Source of the DNA: Lama guanicoe
Taxonomy: Eukaryota
Assembly: GCA_013239625.1 (NCBI GenBank)
Contig: MU054116.1
Coordinates: 145,890 to 209,889 of the forward strand
DNA length: 64,000 nt
Direction of reading: 5' to 3'
Below the pieces are notes generated by a model. It was not told the DNA's origin, did no database searches, and saw only the letters and a list, made by a program, of their open reading frames with translations. Each line of letters begins with the position of its first letter. The stretch's first letter is position 1. Made by a program: the position numbers and the translations under genes. Of this stretch, positions 46,926 through 60,700 are shown piece by piece.

Positions 46926-49900
46926 TATTACTGTCAGAAATTCTCATTTTTGTCTAGAAAGGTCCAGGTCCAAATATCATGTCTTTCCAAACTGGAAAGA
47001 GTTTCTCATTTTCCTTCAGACCAAATTACCTTTCAAAGTAACACAGATGCCTTAGGAAAGTCTTGGCCACAAGTTAGAAATGGAAGGATCAGATAAATTG
47101 AAGCCATCCCAGAATTGCCTGTGAGGTGAGTAAGAGTGACCAGGAGTCCATATATAAGCCTATGCAAACATATTCTTCATCCTTCTAACATTCCAGATGT
47201 TCAGGGATAAATAACCAACAGAAACCATTATGTCTGTGGTCTTTGAGAGACTTATAAAATTATGTTATTTTAGAAACTGTTTCATATGTCTTGCCGAAAT
47301 TAGATGTGAGTAATTAACTGAATTTTGATTAAAAGAAGTGAGAATTTATAATTTTGAGTTGATTGAGGATGTTGATAAGGTTGGATTTGGGTATCAATAA
47401 ATGTTGGGTCACTTAAAAACAGGTGAAATGAAGGACTTCTAGAAGCAGCCTTGAATTGGAAATTATGTGCTGATATGATTAAGACTCCTTCACCCTTTAA
47501 AATGTTCTGTAAAAGATAAAATGAGTAAACAAAAATCAGTCAAACAACGTCAATTTTCAAGATATTTAGGAGGAAGGACATGATCTGAAGTTTCCAGAGT
47601 TCGATAGTCCTGCAACTAAGTATCTCAAGACTGAAAAAAAAAAAAAAAGAGGTCTGCATATGTAATCCTTTTCTTTATTTTGAGACTATTATTCTATTTA
47701 ATTATTTTAGTTATTTAATCTATTATTAATATTTATTTAATTTATTCTTACACATATAATGCTTGCATTCTTGCGAATGCCCCCAGCTCATCCTAAACAT
47801 TAACCATGGTGAGTCCTCTATCTCCCTAATGGAACCTGAAACTCTGAGAAATTTACTATGAGAAATGGGAACACAGTGGGTAAAGTTTATCTCCCACTTC
47901 AGCAGGAAAGGAATATTTTAAAGCAATCAAGTAGAACCTTCACAAAGCCAGTTAACTGGAATTTCTATAACAAATGTTGTTTTTTATTTCAATTCCATTG
48001 GTGATCTTGAACAAGCATCGGAGAGTGAAATCATTTAAGTAGATGTTAGCGTATTTAGTTGGTGTTGGCTGATGAACATCCAGAGTAGTTGTTGGTCCAA
48101 ATCCAGAATTTAAGAGACCTCAATGTCTGGTTTTAAAAAGTTTCTGACAGGTATATTGAGGAAACGTGAATGGAAACCATAAAAGGAGAGCTACTCTCTG
48201 CCAAACACAGTGATAAGTCAGTTAGCATGTTCTTGCTGTAATGCTGGTACTATATATGTGCTGAGTAGGTAGTCAGGTAATGATGTGATTTCAGAGCTAT
48301 TCAGAACATTTCCTTCATCAAATGTAAACGCCAACAAGAATCCCCTAAATTAGACTCAGGAATATCGCAGACTAAGAGGTGTCCATAGTTATAAAATTGA
48401 GTCCACATAAGAAACAATATAACTTGATCTAGATTTAAGGATAATTTTTTTTTCTAAAAGTAACTCTGTATCTCAAACTCCTTCAGTTCTGTGGTTATTT
48501 CAACAAACATTTTACATATTTTCTTGAGAATAGATAGGATGGACAAAACACATAGAAAAGTCTTACTGTGGTTTGGGAGATTGGGAAGGACTCCTCTGAA
48601 AAGTCTAAACAGAGAAGAGAGGAACCAGTCACTAAAAAAGAGGTGTACGTCAGAATCAGCAAACGGAGTAAAGGGGAGGGAAAAGCAAATGATTAGATGG
48701 AACTTTTTTTCCAGACGGGTAGCCCATGGAAGATGACTACAATACCTGTCTCTCACTAGAGTATGTTTTCAGCCACTCTCTGCAACTCCACCACCACCAC
48801 CAAACAAAGAAAACCTTCCCTTTATTAGAGTCAGAGAAACAGGGAGATTAAGAGAAAGTACCTGCAGTGTCAATGGAGCTTCACGGTAGGGTTAACTAGG
48901 AAGCACTAAAGCTCAATCCCAATTGTTAATATATGGCTGCCGAATACACCAGTCCACTGAAACTGCTCTTGACAGGCTGACCTCTGGTTTCTTTAAGGTT
49001 AATTGAAATATACCTATTTTTTTTGAATTTTTGTTGCCTTTGGCGCTGTCAGTCACTCCTTACAATACTCTAGATACACTGTTTGCACTATATCCACACT
49101 ACTGCTTTTTGTTTTACCCTTCCGGTCTCCTCTCTGTAAGTAACGCTTCCCCTTCTCATCTTTATAATGTTGATATTTCTCCCACTTCATCCCTAAATCC
49201 TCTCCTCTCCTGCTCCATGTACGTCACCTGGAAATTGCACTAAGTCCTATGGCTTCAATTTATCATTTAAAATTTGATAATTTCAAAATGTGCATTTCTA
49301 GACATGATCTCTGTGAATGTGAGAAAGTCATAGAAAAGACCTAGGAGATGGTTTTCAGAGGGAAAATACTCTTTGTAGATTAATGGTGGCTTTGGTCATG
49401 GCAGTGGACAGAGTCCTTAACTGCTCTGACAGATAGACAGAGAAACATTGTTGTGTCATAACCACCACCCATGTGTTTTCAATATATCCAGAAAAAACTT
49501 CAGGCAAATAATAACTGAGGAAAATTTGAATTAATGGAAAGGGGAAAATCTTGGGGGAAAAAGGACACACTAAAAATCATGATCTTATTGTTACCGGGGA
49601 AACAAGTATTCTGTGAACAAATCTATTGCAAATGTAAAAAGGTTAAAGTTTTATTATCAGGAAGAAATTCTATAATATTTGGACTATATTATTGAAAGAA
49701 TCCATAAAAGTCCATTTTTCAAACCATAAGTCATGATAATTCAGTACAGCATAAAATCAATTTGATGATAATTTGTATTTTTAATGAGATAGAACAGAAA
49801 CCATCAGAGAAAAGGGTATATACTTTTTTAAATTTTTATTTTAGGTAAGTGGAAGCGTGTATATTTGTGTGTCTTTGTGTGTATGTTTATGCATGTACAA

Positions 49901-50168
49901 TAGGCTGCAATATAAACTGTGTATCTTACCATCTGTTGCAGTCAAAATAGTTGAAAGCTAAGTTTCAAATCTATCAAATGACATGTCAACAGAGTTGAAA
50001 AGGTGAATTATTTTAAAACACTTATTATCAAGTAAAACAAAATACATGTAAAATACATTTCTTGGCTTTTCGAAACAAAATTCATTGTAAAACATTTCTC
50101 CCATCCTCTTTTCAGATCCTGCCTCCCTCAATTCCACATGCATGTTGGGCAGAAGTCCGAACCAAGGA

Positions 50169-51104
50169 ATGAGAAACCATACATCAATAACCAGGTTCAT
50201 CCTAAAGGGACTGACAGATGACCCACAGCTGCAGATTCTGGTTTTTGTATTTCTACTTATCACCTACATGTTGAGTGTAACTGGAAATCTGACCATCATC
50301 ATCCTCATATTAGTAGATTCCCACCTTAAAACCACAATGTACTTTTTTCTACAAAATTTCTCCTTCTTAGAAATCGCATTCACTTCTGCCTGTATTCCCA
50401 GATTCTTGTACAGTATATCAACAGGTGACAGGACCATTACCTATAATGCTTGTGTAAGCCAACTATTTTTTACTTATGTGTTTGGAGTAACAGAATTTTT
50501 TCTCTTGGCCGCCATGTCCTTTGATCGCTACATAGCCATCTGCAAACCCCTGCATTACATGACCATCATGAACCACAGGGTCTGCAAAATGCTTATCTTC
50601 TGCTGTTGGATGACCACTCTGTTGATTATATTCCCACCACTTAGCTTGGGACTGGACCTGGAATTCTGTGACTCTAACATCGATCACTATTTCTGTGATG
50701 TTAATCCAGTCCTAAAGATCTCATGCTCAGATACATGGTTCATTGAGCAGATGGTTATTTTTGGCTCTGTGTTGATCTTTCTTATGACTCTCTTGTGCAT
50801 GGTTCTGTCCTACATGTATATCATCAGAACAATTCTCAGATTCCCCTCTGCCCAGCAAAGGACAAAAGCCTTTTCCACCTGTTCTTCCCACATTATTGTG
50901 GTTTCTATCACCTGTGGCAGTTGCATCTTTGTCTACATCAAACCTTCATCAAAAGATGAAATGACCATTAATAAGGGAGTAACAATACTCATTACTTCCA
51001 TTTCCCCCATGTTAAACCCATTTATTTACAGTCTGAGGAACAAACAAGTCAAACAAGCCTTTAATGACTTAGTCAAAAGAATTATATTGCTCTCAAAGAA
51101 GTAG
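50169..51104 (+). CDS. Olfactory receptor, family 6 subfamily C (OR6C68/OR6C2-like), open ORF, 311 aa (in-frame upstream ATG at 50142)
   Basis: MRNHT start, [36 protein letters not shown]; atypical residues in some motifs. Confidence 0.92.
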   Translation: MRNHTSITRFILKGLTDDPQLQILVFVFLLITYMLSVTGNLTIIILILVDSHLKTTMYFFLQNFSFLEIAFTSACIPRFLYSISTGDRTITYNACVSQLFFTYVFGVTEFFLLAAMSFDRYIAICKPLHYMTIMNHRVCKMLIFCCWMTTLLIIFPPLSLGLDLEFCDSNIDHYFCDVNPVLKISCSDTWFIEQMVIFGSVLIFLMTLLCMVLSYMYIIRTILRFPSAQQRTKAFSTCSSHIIVVSITCGSCIFVYIKPSSKDEMTINKGVTILITSISPMLNPFIYSLRNKQVKQAFNDLVKRIILLSKK

Positions 51105-53125
51105 GGGAATGCTGAAGTCAGGATCCCTAAGCAACTGTCTTATGAGTCTATCTTATTTTGTCTCTTCCTGAACTAGATTTGGTCTCTTATTCTGTACTGA
51201 CCCTGATCAAGTCACCACTGTTATCCCCTATAAATGAACCTCTTTGAGAATTATAACTTTTATGAAAAAAATGAGAATAGTTGTTTCAAAAAAATCTAAG
51301 CATGACCTTTCCTTCAACCTTGACTTACCAAAGCTAAAAGGATTGCGGAATTTATCATAAAATATTGGTGCAATAGACTGCATCAATTTTCCAGAACAAG
51401 ACTGGTCAAATAAGGAGTGAAATAATATTAAAAAGAAATCAATAATTTTTCTAATTGCAACAAGAAAAATATTTTAAATGCCTCAAATATATTTAAAATA
51501 AGGGATATAAAGATTTAATATATCAAAAACATTTACTAATGAAGACGCTTTAAAATTACACGTTATTGAATGGATCCCATCAGTTATAAAGGTTATTGTT
51601 TAACTGCCAAAAGGAACAAGAATTAAGTTAAAATGAAGAGAGAAATGCACCAGCAATTCCTATTAAAGGATGAAACATGCTTTGGAATTATATAAAACAG
51701 AATTGATATTAATCTACCAACTGAAATATGAAATGTTGACTGTAGAGCATTTAAACTGAGCAAACAGATAGCAGCAAGCCAAGGAAACTAATAGGGCTAG
51801 CAGAGTGATAAATAACCAGGAAGCCAAATATATGGGAGATAAAGAAAACAGAATATTGTATGAATACTAATATCAATGTAATGAACTGCATTTTAAAAAT
51901 GAATCTTTGGTCATTTTAAGAGTCCAAAATATGTACCCAGTGATAGCCCTCAAAGAAAGATCTGCATTTAATTGCTTGTTAAATTCGTCACCACTACTAT
52001 AGTCCAACATATTAAAAATTTCTTTTGATCCTTGTTCTTTTTGCATACTGCAGGTCACATCATGGCCCATCTAGGCAAGTGTTTTCCATTCATTGCAATT
52101 ACCCAACTCTTAGTTTAAAAGACACTTCCACAAGAATTCCTTTTCTCACCATGTCTTACTACTCCTCCACCAACACTACCAACAAGCCTGGATTAGTCCT
52201 GCTCATCCACACTTGTGTTGTCACTTATCTGCTGCTCTCACAACTCTCACCAAACTACAATTTCACATTTGCTTGTCCTTATTCTACTCTAGATATCTTA
52301 GAGAGTGTTTATCTTGTATGCCATATTCTAGAATGTTTTATGCCCACCAACTAGACAAATCTTAGTTATGTAACAAATAATCTTCTAACATGATTTGATA
52401 CTTCTGACAATTCAAAATGAGAATTTTTATGTGAAGATAGAAAATAGAAATGTAACATTTGACATTGATCTCTGAACAACAGATAAAAGGAACACATGGC
52501 TAATGGTAACTATCCTGTTAAAAGTATTTATTTTTAAATTTTTGAATGAAATGGTCACAACAAAAGCCAAAATGTATTGAAAATTTATAATACTGATAAA
52601 CATGAAAATAACTCTACAAGTTCTACTTATTAGTCATAATTTACATGGGGGAAAAAATCAGTGTTTGGAAAAAAGTGAACTACTGCTAGCAAGTGCTAGA
52701 ACTTGTATTAAAAGCCATATTAGTGACTACGAAAGGATCGCTTTGTTCAAGTACATGTACCTGCTTCTCCAGGGGCATGAAGATAATTTCAAGGAACAGC
52801 CCAAGAAGAAAAAGAAAAGAAAAACAAGTAGAAACAGTAGGAGGGGGAAAGCAGCTAAAAAACAAGTGGAAAAAGAAAAGAAGTAAAAGCAAGAGAAGAG
52901 GATATAGAAAAAATGGCTGCGTAATCTGAGGTCTTCAGCCTCACTGAGAAAAGGCTGACTTCACGTTTCTTTGGGTTTTCTGCTTGTTTTGGTGTTAGAC
53001 TTCTGTTCTCCTCTGCCAGAGCTTCCTAATGTGAGTCTATTAAGAGACCTGAAGTCCATCTATGTTGTTGCAGATGGTAAGGTTTTCTTCTTTCAGGACT
53101 GAATAAAATTCCATTGTGTGTGTGT

Positions 53126-53129
<4 letters not shown>

Positions 53130-53174
<45 letters not shown>
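53130..53174. repeat. (TA)n microsatellite
   Basis: Perfect dinucleotide run of ~22 units. Confidence 0.95.
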
Positions 53175-53179
<5 letters not shown>

Positions 53180-53797
53180 GTATGTATCCCAATTCTTTAT
53201 TCATACACTTAGATTGTTTCCATATCTGGGCTATTGTGAATAATGCTGCAATGAACATGGGAGTGCATATATCTTCTTAAATTAGTGTTTTATTTTTCTT
53301 TAAATAAATAACCAGAAGTGGAATTGCTGGGTCATTTGGTAGTTTTCTTTCTAATTTTTTTTTAATTGAAGTACAGTTGATTTATAATGTTCTATTAGTT
53401 TCAGGCATATGATGTAGTTATTCAGTATTTTTGCAGATTATACTTCACTATACACTATTACAAGATAATGGCTATAATTCCCTGTGCTATACAGTATATC
53501 CTTGTTGTCTATCTATTTTATACATAGTAGTTTGTATTGGTTAATCCCATACCCCTAATTTGTCTCTCCACCTTCCCTCTCCCCTTTGGTAACCACAAAT
53601 TTGTTTTCTATATCTATGAGTCTCTTTCTGTTTGCATATACATTCATTTGTATTTGTTTTATATCCTCAATGTAAGTAATATCATATAGTATTTGTCTTT
53701 TTCAGTCTAGCTTGTTTCACCAAGCATAATATTCTCTATGTCCATACTCGTTGCTACAGATGGCAAAGTTTTTCTTTTTCATGGCCAAGTAATATTC

Positions 53798-53799
<2 letters not shown>

Positions 53800-53851
<52 letters not shown>
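53800..53851. repeat. (GT)n microsatellite
   Basis: Perfect dinucleotide run of ~26 units. Confidence 0.95.
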
Positions 53852-53853
<2 letters not shown>

Positions 53854-55819
53854 GTAGTTCTCTTATGAACATTGCAGTGCATGCATCCTTTTCAATTAGT
53901 GTTTTTGTTTCTCCTAGACATATATCCAAGAGTGGAATTTCTGGATAATATGGTAACATTATTTTTAGTTTTCTGACAAACACCCATACTGTTTTCCATA
54001 CTGGCTGCACCAGTTGACAGCCACCAACAGTGTACAAGGGTTCCCTTTTCTCCGCATCCTCTCCAATATTTGTTATTTGAGGTCTTTTTGATGGTAGCCA
54101 TCCTGATAGGCAGTAGGTGATACCTCTTTGTTCTGATTTACATTTCTCTACTAATTAGCAAAGTTGAGCATCTTTTCATGTGCCTGCTGGCCATCTGTAT
54201 GTCTTCTTTGGAAAAATGTCTATTCAATTCTTCTGCCCACTTTTTTATTTGGTTGTCTGGAGGTTTTTTATATTTTTTATAAGCTATATATGTATTTTGG
54301 ATATTAATCCCTTGTCAGTCACATCATTTGCAAATACTTCCTCCCATTTAGTAGATAGGGTTTTCATTTTGTTGATGATTTGCTTTGCTGTGCAAAAGCT
54401 TTTCAGTTTAATTAGGTCCTGACCTAATTAACTGATTTCTGTATATTAACCTTATATCCTGCAAACTTGCTGAATTCATTTATTAGTTCTAATAATTTTT
54501 GTGTGGAGACTTTAGGGTTCTCTATTTAAATACCAATTCATCTGCAAATAGGGCTCTTTTACCGCTTTCCTTCCAATTTGGATGCCTTAATTTCTTTTTC
54601 TTGTCTAACTGCTGTGACTAGGAATTCCAATACTCTGTTAAATAGAAATGGGGAGACTGGGCATCCTTGTCTTGTTCCTGAATTTAGCTAGAAGTCTTCC
54701 AGCTTTTCACCATTGAGTATGATGTTGGCAGTGGGTTTGTCATAATTCGCCTTTATTATGTTGAGATATGTTCTCTCTATAGCCACTTTGATGGGAGTTT
54801 TTAACATGAATCAATGTTGAATTTTGTCAAATGCTTTTTCTGCATCTATTGAGGTGATCTGATCATGTGATTTTTACCCTTCCTTTTGTTAACATGATGT
54901 ATTACATTGATTGATTTGCAAATGTTGAACCATCCTTGTGACCCTAGAATAAATCAAAATTGATCACAGTGTATTATCCTTTTTATATATTCCTGGATTT
55001 GGCTTGCTAATATTTTGTTGAGAATTTTTGCATCTATATTCATCAAAGATATTGAACTGTAATTTTCTTTCACTGTAGTGTCACTGTCTGGATTTGGAAT
55101 CAGGGCAATGGTGGCCTCATAGAATGAATTTGGGGGTGCACAGTGCACTCTTCACCAGTGGAGTCTAGGCTTCTCCAGCCTATCTGTCCCAGAAGTTCTC
55201 CAGGCAGCCAAGGGGGTTTGTCTTCTACTATGTAGGACCCCAGAACTGGGGCACCTGGCCTATGGCCTGACCCGCTCACTCCCCAGGATGAGTGTCCATC
55301 CATGTGATATCTCTTTACCTCTGAGTCCTCTCCCTGGGGCACAGGCCCTGACCCCCTCACTTTTCTTCCCATCCTACCTGATTATATGTGTATTTTCCTT
55401 ACAGCTTTGGTTGTACAGGAGCCCATCTGCCAGTTTCCAGTTAGCTTTCTATGAGAGTTGTTCACATGTATTTTTGATGTGTTCATCAGGGGCAGTAAGC
55501 TCCACATCCTCTTACTACACCACCTTCTTTTTTAAAAACTTTTAGGAATCCCCATACTGTTTTCCATACTGACAATATCAATTTATATTACCACTAAGAA
55601 TGTACAGGTGTTCCCTTTTCTCCACATGCTCAGTGACACTTGATATCTCTTGTCTTTTTTGTAATAGCCATTGTAACAAGTGTGACATGAAAACTCATTG
55701 TGGTTTTAACTTGCATTTTTCTGATGATTAGTGATGTGGAGCATCTTTTCTTAAATCTATTGGCCACTTAAATAAATATATATATTTATAAGCATATATA
55801 GATATATGCTTATGCTTTA

Positions 55820-56862
55820 TACAACAGCAGAATACACATTCTTCTCAAGCACATGAAACATTCTTCAAGATAGACCACATTCTGTGCCCTACAACACACC
55901 TTAACAAATTTAATAAAATAGAAATCCTATAATATCTGTTCTTAGATCACTGGAATTAATTTAGAAACCAATAACAAAAAATAACTGGAAAATTCAAAAA
56001 CACATGCAGATTAAACCACACACTTCTAAATAAGATGTAGGTCAAAGAAGAAATCTCAAGAGGAATTGAAAAATATAATGAACTAAGTGAATAAAAGCAC
56101 AACTTTTCAGTCAGTGAGTATGTTAACTTGGTGCAGCCACTGTGGAAAACAGTACCAAGTTTCCTCAAAATATTAAAATAAGAATTACTATATGATCCAG
56201 CATTTCCACCTCTGGGTACATATCCAAAGAAAATGAAATCAGGATCTTGAAGAGATATCAGCACTCCCATATTCAGGGCAGTATTATTCACAATAGCCAA
56301 GATGTAGAAACAACCCAAGTGTCCCTCTGTGAATAAATGGATAAAGGATGGAGAAACATCTGTACATCTGTGTATATAATAAACATTATTCATCCATGGA
56401 AAAGAAGGAAATCCTGCCATTTGTGATGACACAGATGGGCCTTGAGGGCATTATGCTAAGTGAGGTAAGTCAGAAAGAGACAAACATTTTATGATACCAC
56501 TTGTATGTGGAATCTGAAAAAGCCAAACTCAGAGAAAAAGAGAGTAGAACAGTGGTTAGCAAGGAGTTGGGAGAAATATGTTGATGTTGGACAAAAAGTA
56601 CAAAATTTCAGTTATGAGACTGAAATAAGTTCCTTATTTCAAGGAATTCCAAAGAAGTTCTGAGGATCTAAATAAAGTACAGCAGTGATTATCATTAATA
56701 ATACTGTATTATATACTAGGAAGTTGCTAAGAGAGTAGATCTTAGATGATCTCACCACAAAAAAAGAAACGGTAATAATGTGACATGATGCAGGTGTTAG
56801 CTAACGCTATGATCGCAATCATTTTGCAATATATAAGGGTATCAATTCAACACTTTGTGCAA
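55820..56862 (+). mobile_element. LINE-1 ORF2 fragment and 3' end (L1MA-like)
   Basis: 'gcagaatacacattcttctcaagcacatg' and 'gttgctaagagagtagatctt...ctcaccac'. Confidence 0.82.
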
Positions 56863-59762
56863 CATCCTTTCTTTTAGTATTTCTAGTTCAACATACTTGA
56901 AAGAAATACCTTAAAGTTGGGAATATGTGACCATCATTCTTCCTTCATTTCTTAAGCAACTGGGTCCTATGTTTTACACTCCTTAGATACAATTCTCCTA
57001 TCATTTAGCCTCCTATCTCCTTTCATTCAGTTTCTTTTTGGCTCTTAGATACTGCTCTCCTTGTGTGGGAATATGTACTGAGGTAACTGATCCCCAAATT
57101 AATTGGCTTGGAGGATGCCACAACTCAAGATAAAATTAGTAACTTTTCAACCATCTCAACAAAGATTATCTGAAGGAAATGTGGTAAATCTAATGGAATT
57201 TTATACCTTTAACCTGCAATATTAAAGTTAATTATTGAATAGTAAAATGAACGTGATCGTGACCACCAACTGCTCTTGCTTACTGTCTCATGCATTTTTA
57301 ATAACCTCATTCTCTATAGGAACACTGATCTTTCACATTCTATTACAATATGCTGTCCAAGTCAGTTTTACTGCATATAATTGGTGTCTTCTCTTCATTA
57401 ATTCCAGGGGAAACTTTTCTTTTGTGTTGTTTTCCTTCTCTTCCCTTCTCAATGAATCCCTCGAGTATGTAATTAAATAAATGATAAAAGAAAGCTCACA
57501 TTTTTAGTGTGTGAAATTAGTACGGAACATTGGCCTAAGTTCAAACTTACACACAAGAGTGAGGTAAGAGGTGGAAATTTTACAGAAGCACAGAATAATA
57601 CACTCTATCATTCTGCATTGAGTGGCAACTTAAAAGTCATTTTTCTTTCAATTTCTTACTGAATAATATTGTCTAGACTTTGATTACATTCAAGATCCAT
57701 TACCAGCTTATTTTTTTTCTCCCTTTTCACATCCTAGTAGAAGAAAATACAGGACGTAAAGTAAGTGCTTTAGAGTTTGGATCTATCATTTTTAATTGTA
57801 AATTAAGTAGTTATGTTTAAATTAAAGGCAAGATATTTATAAGTAGCTTGATTTTTTCTTTCTGGTTAATCATTTTGCATCTTTTTATGTATAGAAATAA
57901 AAAATGTATAGAGGGTGCCTATTCATAAAATGCACCTAAGTCTGTTCATTGCATTTTTTAACTGTATAAATTTAAAATAGCAATGATTAAGTTGAGAAAA
58001 GAAGACTAACAAAATAATCTCTCAAAAGAGAGAAATCACTCTATGGCCATAATTTTGCCACGTTTGGGTTATCAGTTTCTTTTTGCCTGATTACATCTTC
58101 CTAAAGAGATCTTTTTCCATTCATTAATTTAAAAAATAGAAGTTTCAGTATGCTTCTTACACAAGAATAGATGTGAAAAAGAATACGTTGTTTTCATTAA
58201 GCAGCCAATAAAAACACAGTAGCTTGAGACACACAAGATATCCCTGCTTACTCTAAATCTTTTCTCCCTTGATTCTGGAAATCACTGTGATATTCAGACA
58301 CACCCTCTGGACTAGGTCAAATTTCATTTTTTTAAACCAAACTATGAGAGAACTTTTAAGGAAGCAAAACATAATTGTTCTGGGCAGGTGTAAATTTTGA
58401 TATGGTAACTAAGAAAAGGAAATAAAACAAAATGGTAAAAAATTTTAGCTATAGGAGAGATTTTAAAACACAGCTGAAGAGTTGACCATATTGAGAAAGA
58501 GTCATCACCCGCAATTCAAACTTTCACAGATAAAAATTCTAAACAAGAGAAAATGCATTTTTTAACTTATTTCTCTGTTGGGGTTGTTTTGTTTATTTGT
58601 TTGTTTGCTTGGTCTCTTCGGAATCATGTTAATTGTAAAATCCATATGGAAGTAGACCCATTGGTCCACAGCTTGGCTAACAAAACATTCTGAAGAATGA
58701 GAAAAACTCTTGATATATGCCTTACAAGCAATGTAACTGATTTCTAAAATATGTTTAGGGAGTTGAAAACCACTGTGTAAAATGTGATTGCAAGAGGTTG
58801 TATGTTTTTGATTTCTACCTTACATTTATATTTACGCTCTAAAGTTCTTCTTATTTGTAAATGCTATCAATTATCATAATTGTATTCCTAAAAGTAAAAC
58901 CTTGGTAAATAGTTTCCTTAATTTTGCAGAGAATTTTAGCTTTATGTCAAGATTAGACAAATTATCTATGAATTCTGTTTTAACTTAAGATGCTATGATT
59001 TTTCAGGTCCCACCTGCAATTTTCTGATTTGCCACCCAGTTGGGGTTGGTTTTAAATTATGTTATTATTGTTGCCATTCTTGAAGCAGTAATATATATTG
59101 TAGTGAATCTTAAATATTTTGTGTATCATTGGTCCTTTCTTTAAAAAAATTTTTTTCTATGGGCCCTCCTCACACATAATTTCTGTAGAATTTAATTGGG
59201 TTCACAAACATTCTGAAATCTATCCAAGTACTCAAGGTTAAAACCTTATAATGGATATTTGGTATGATAAAGTTAAAAAGAGCAAGGGTGTTAAATTAAA
59301 AAGGCTTGAGTTCAATTTCCAACTGAATTACTAACACAGTATTTCTCCACTTGGCGATGAACTTATAAACTTTGTAGAAATACAAATGCCTTGATGTCAC
59401 CCAAGAGATTCAAATGGATTGTATCAGATGTGTCCTAGACATTTATCTTATTTAAAGATTCACCAGCTTTCTGAGAAAGCTGGGATTTAGATGTATACCC
59501 TAGACAAACTCTTTAATCTGGGCCTCAGTTGTCTTCAATAAAAAGTGAAGACTGTAAAACTCTACTCAAAGAGAGTTCTTGGAGATATTAAGAAAATTTA
59601 TGTACATCCCCCAACATAGTACCTAGCACAATGTTGGTGATCAGTGAATGCTAGCTTCTCTTTCTTCTTCTTTGTTCTTTCTTATTAACTCTAAAAGCCA
59701 ATCCTGACCATTATATTTTTTCACTCTTTTTCTCTATCTTTGATAAAACCCATAAGAGAGAA

Positions 59763-60700
59763 ATGAGGAACCATTCCGTGCAGACAGAGTTCATTCTTTT
59801 GGGTCTGACAGATGACCCTGTGTTGCAGATTGTAATTTTCTTCTTTTTATTTTTTACCTACATGTTGAGTGTGACAGGAAACTTAACCATCATCATTCTC
59901 ACTCTGCTGGATTCCCACCTTAAGACACCAATGTATTTCTTCCTACGAAATTCTTCCGTTTTAGAAATCTCATTCACAACTGTTTGTATTCCAAGGTTCC
60001 TTGTGAACCTTGTGACAAAGGACAGAACTATTTCCTACATGAGTTGTATGACTCAGTTATTTTTTTTTCATCTTTTTCGGAGTAACTGAATTTTGCCTTC
60101 TGGCTGCTATGTCCTATGACCATTATGCAGCTATTTGTAAACCTCTTCATTACACCACCATCATGAGCAACAGTTTGCTACCAACTTGTAAGCAGCTCTT
60201 GGGTAACTGGATTCCTGATTATCCTTCCTCCAATGACCATGGGATTCCAGTTGGAATTCTGTAATTCTAATGTCATCGATAATTTTATTTGTGATTCTTC
60301 TTCCATCCTACAGATCTCTTGTTCAGATACACATTTGCTAGAACTAATGTCTTTTTCCTTGGCTGTGGTGACACTAATGGCCACACTGATGTTAGTGATT
60401 CTCTCCTATGGCTATATTATCAAGACAATTCTCAAATTCCCTTCTGCTCAGCAAAGGACCAAAGCCTTTTCTACCTGTTCTTCCCACATGATTGTAGTTT
60501 TCATTTCTTATGGTAGCTGCATCTTCATGTATATAAAACCATCAGCAAATGATAGAGCAACTTTAAGCAAAGGAATAGCTGTGCTCAATACCTCAGTTGC
60601 TCCTTTATTGAATCCCTTCATTTATACCTTAAGGAACCAGCAAGTGAAGCAGGCCTTTAAGGACATGGTCCAAAAAGTTTTGTTTTCTTCAAACAAATGA
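59763..60700 (+). pseudogene. OR6C-family olfactory receptor pseudogene (OR6C70-like)
   Basis: OR split between ORFs 59763 and 60233; +1 in the T9 run at 60060-60068 and about -2 at ~60172; DRY has become DHY; C-terminus [42 protein letters not shown]. Confidence 0.92.

Larger units (their letters stand above)
53035..55770 (-). mobile_element. Nested LINE-1 fragments (two 3' ends, ORF2 pieces, a 5'UTR piece)
   Basis: Reverse ORF2 peptides ([47 protein letters not shown]), T-tail with 'aattgaagtacagttg' at ~53355. Confidence 0.85.

Noticed and set aside
52602..52929. Lysine-rich short ORFs
   Set aside because: Arise from low-complexity A/G-rich DNA.
60060..60068. Homopolymer frameshift as a sequencing error hiding an intact OR
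   Set aside because: A second independent indel near 60172 and the DRY to DHY change support real pseudogenisation.
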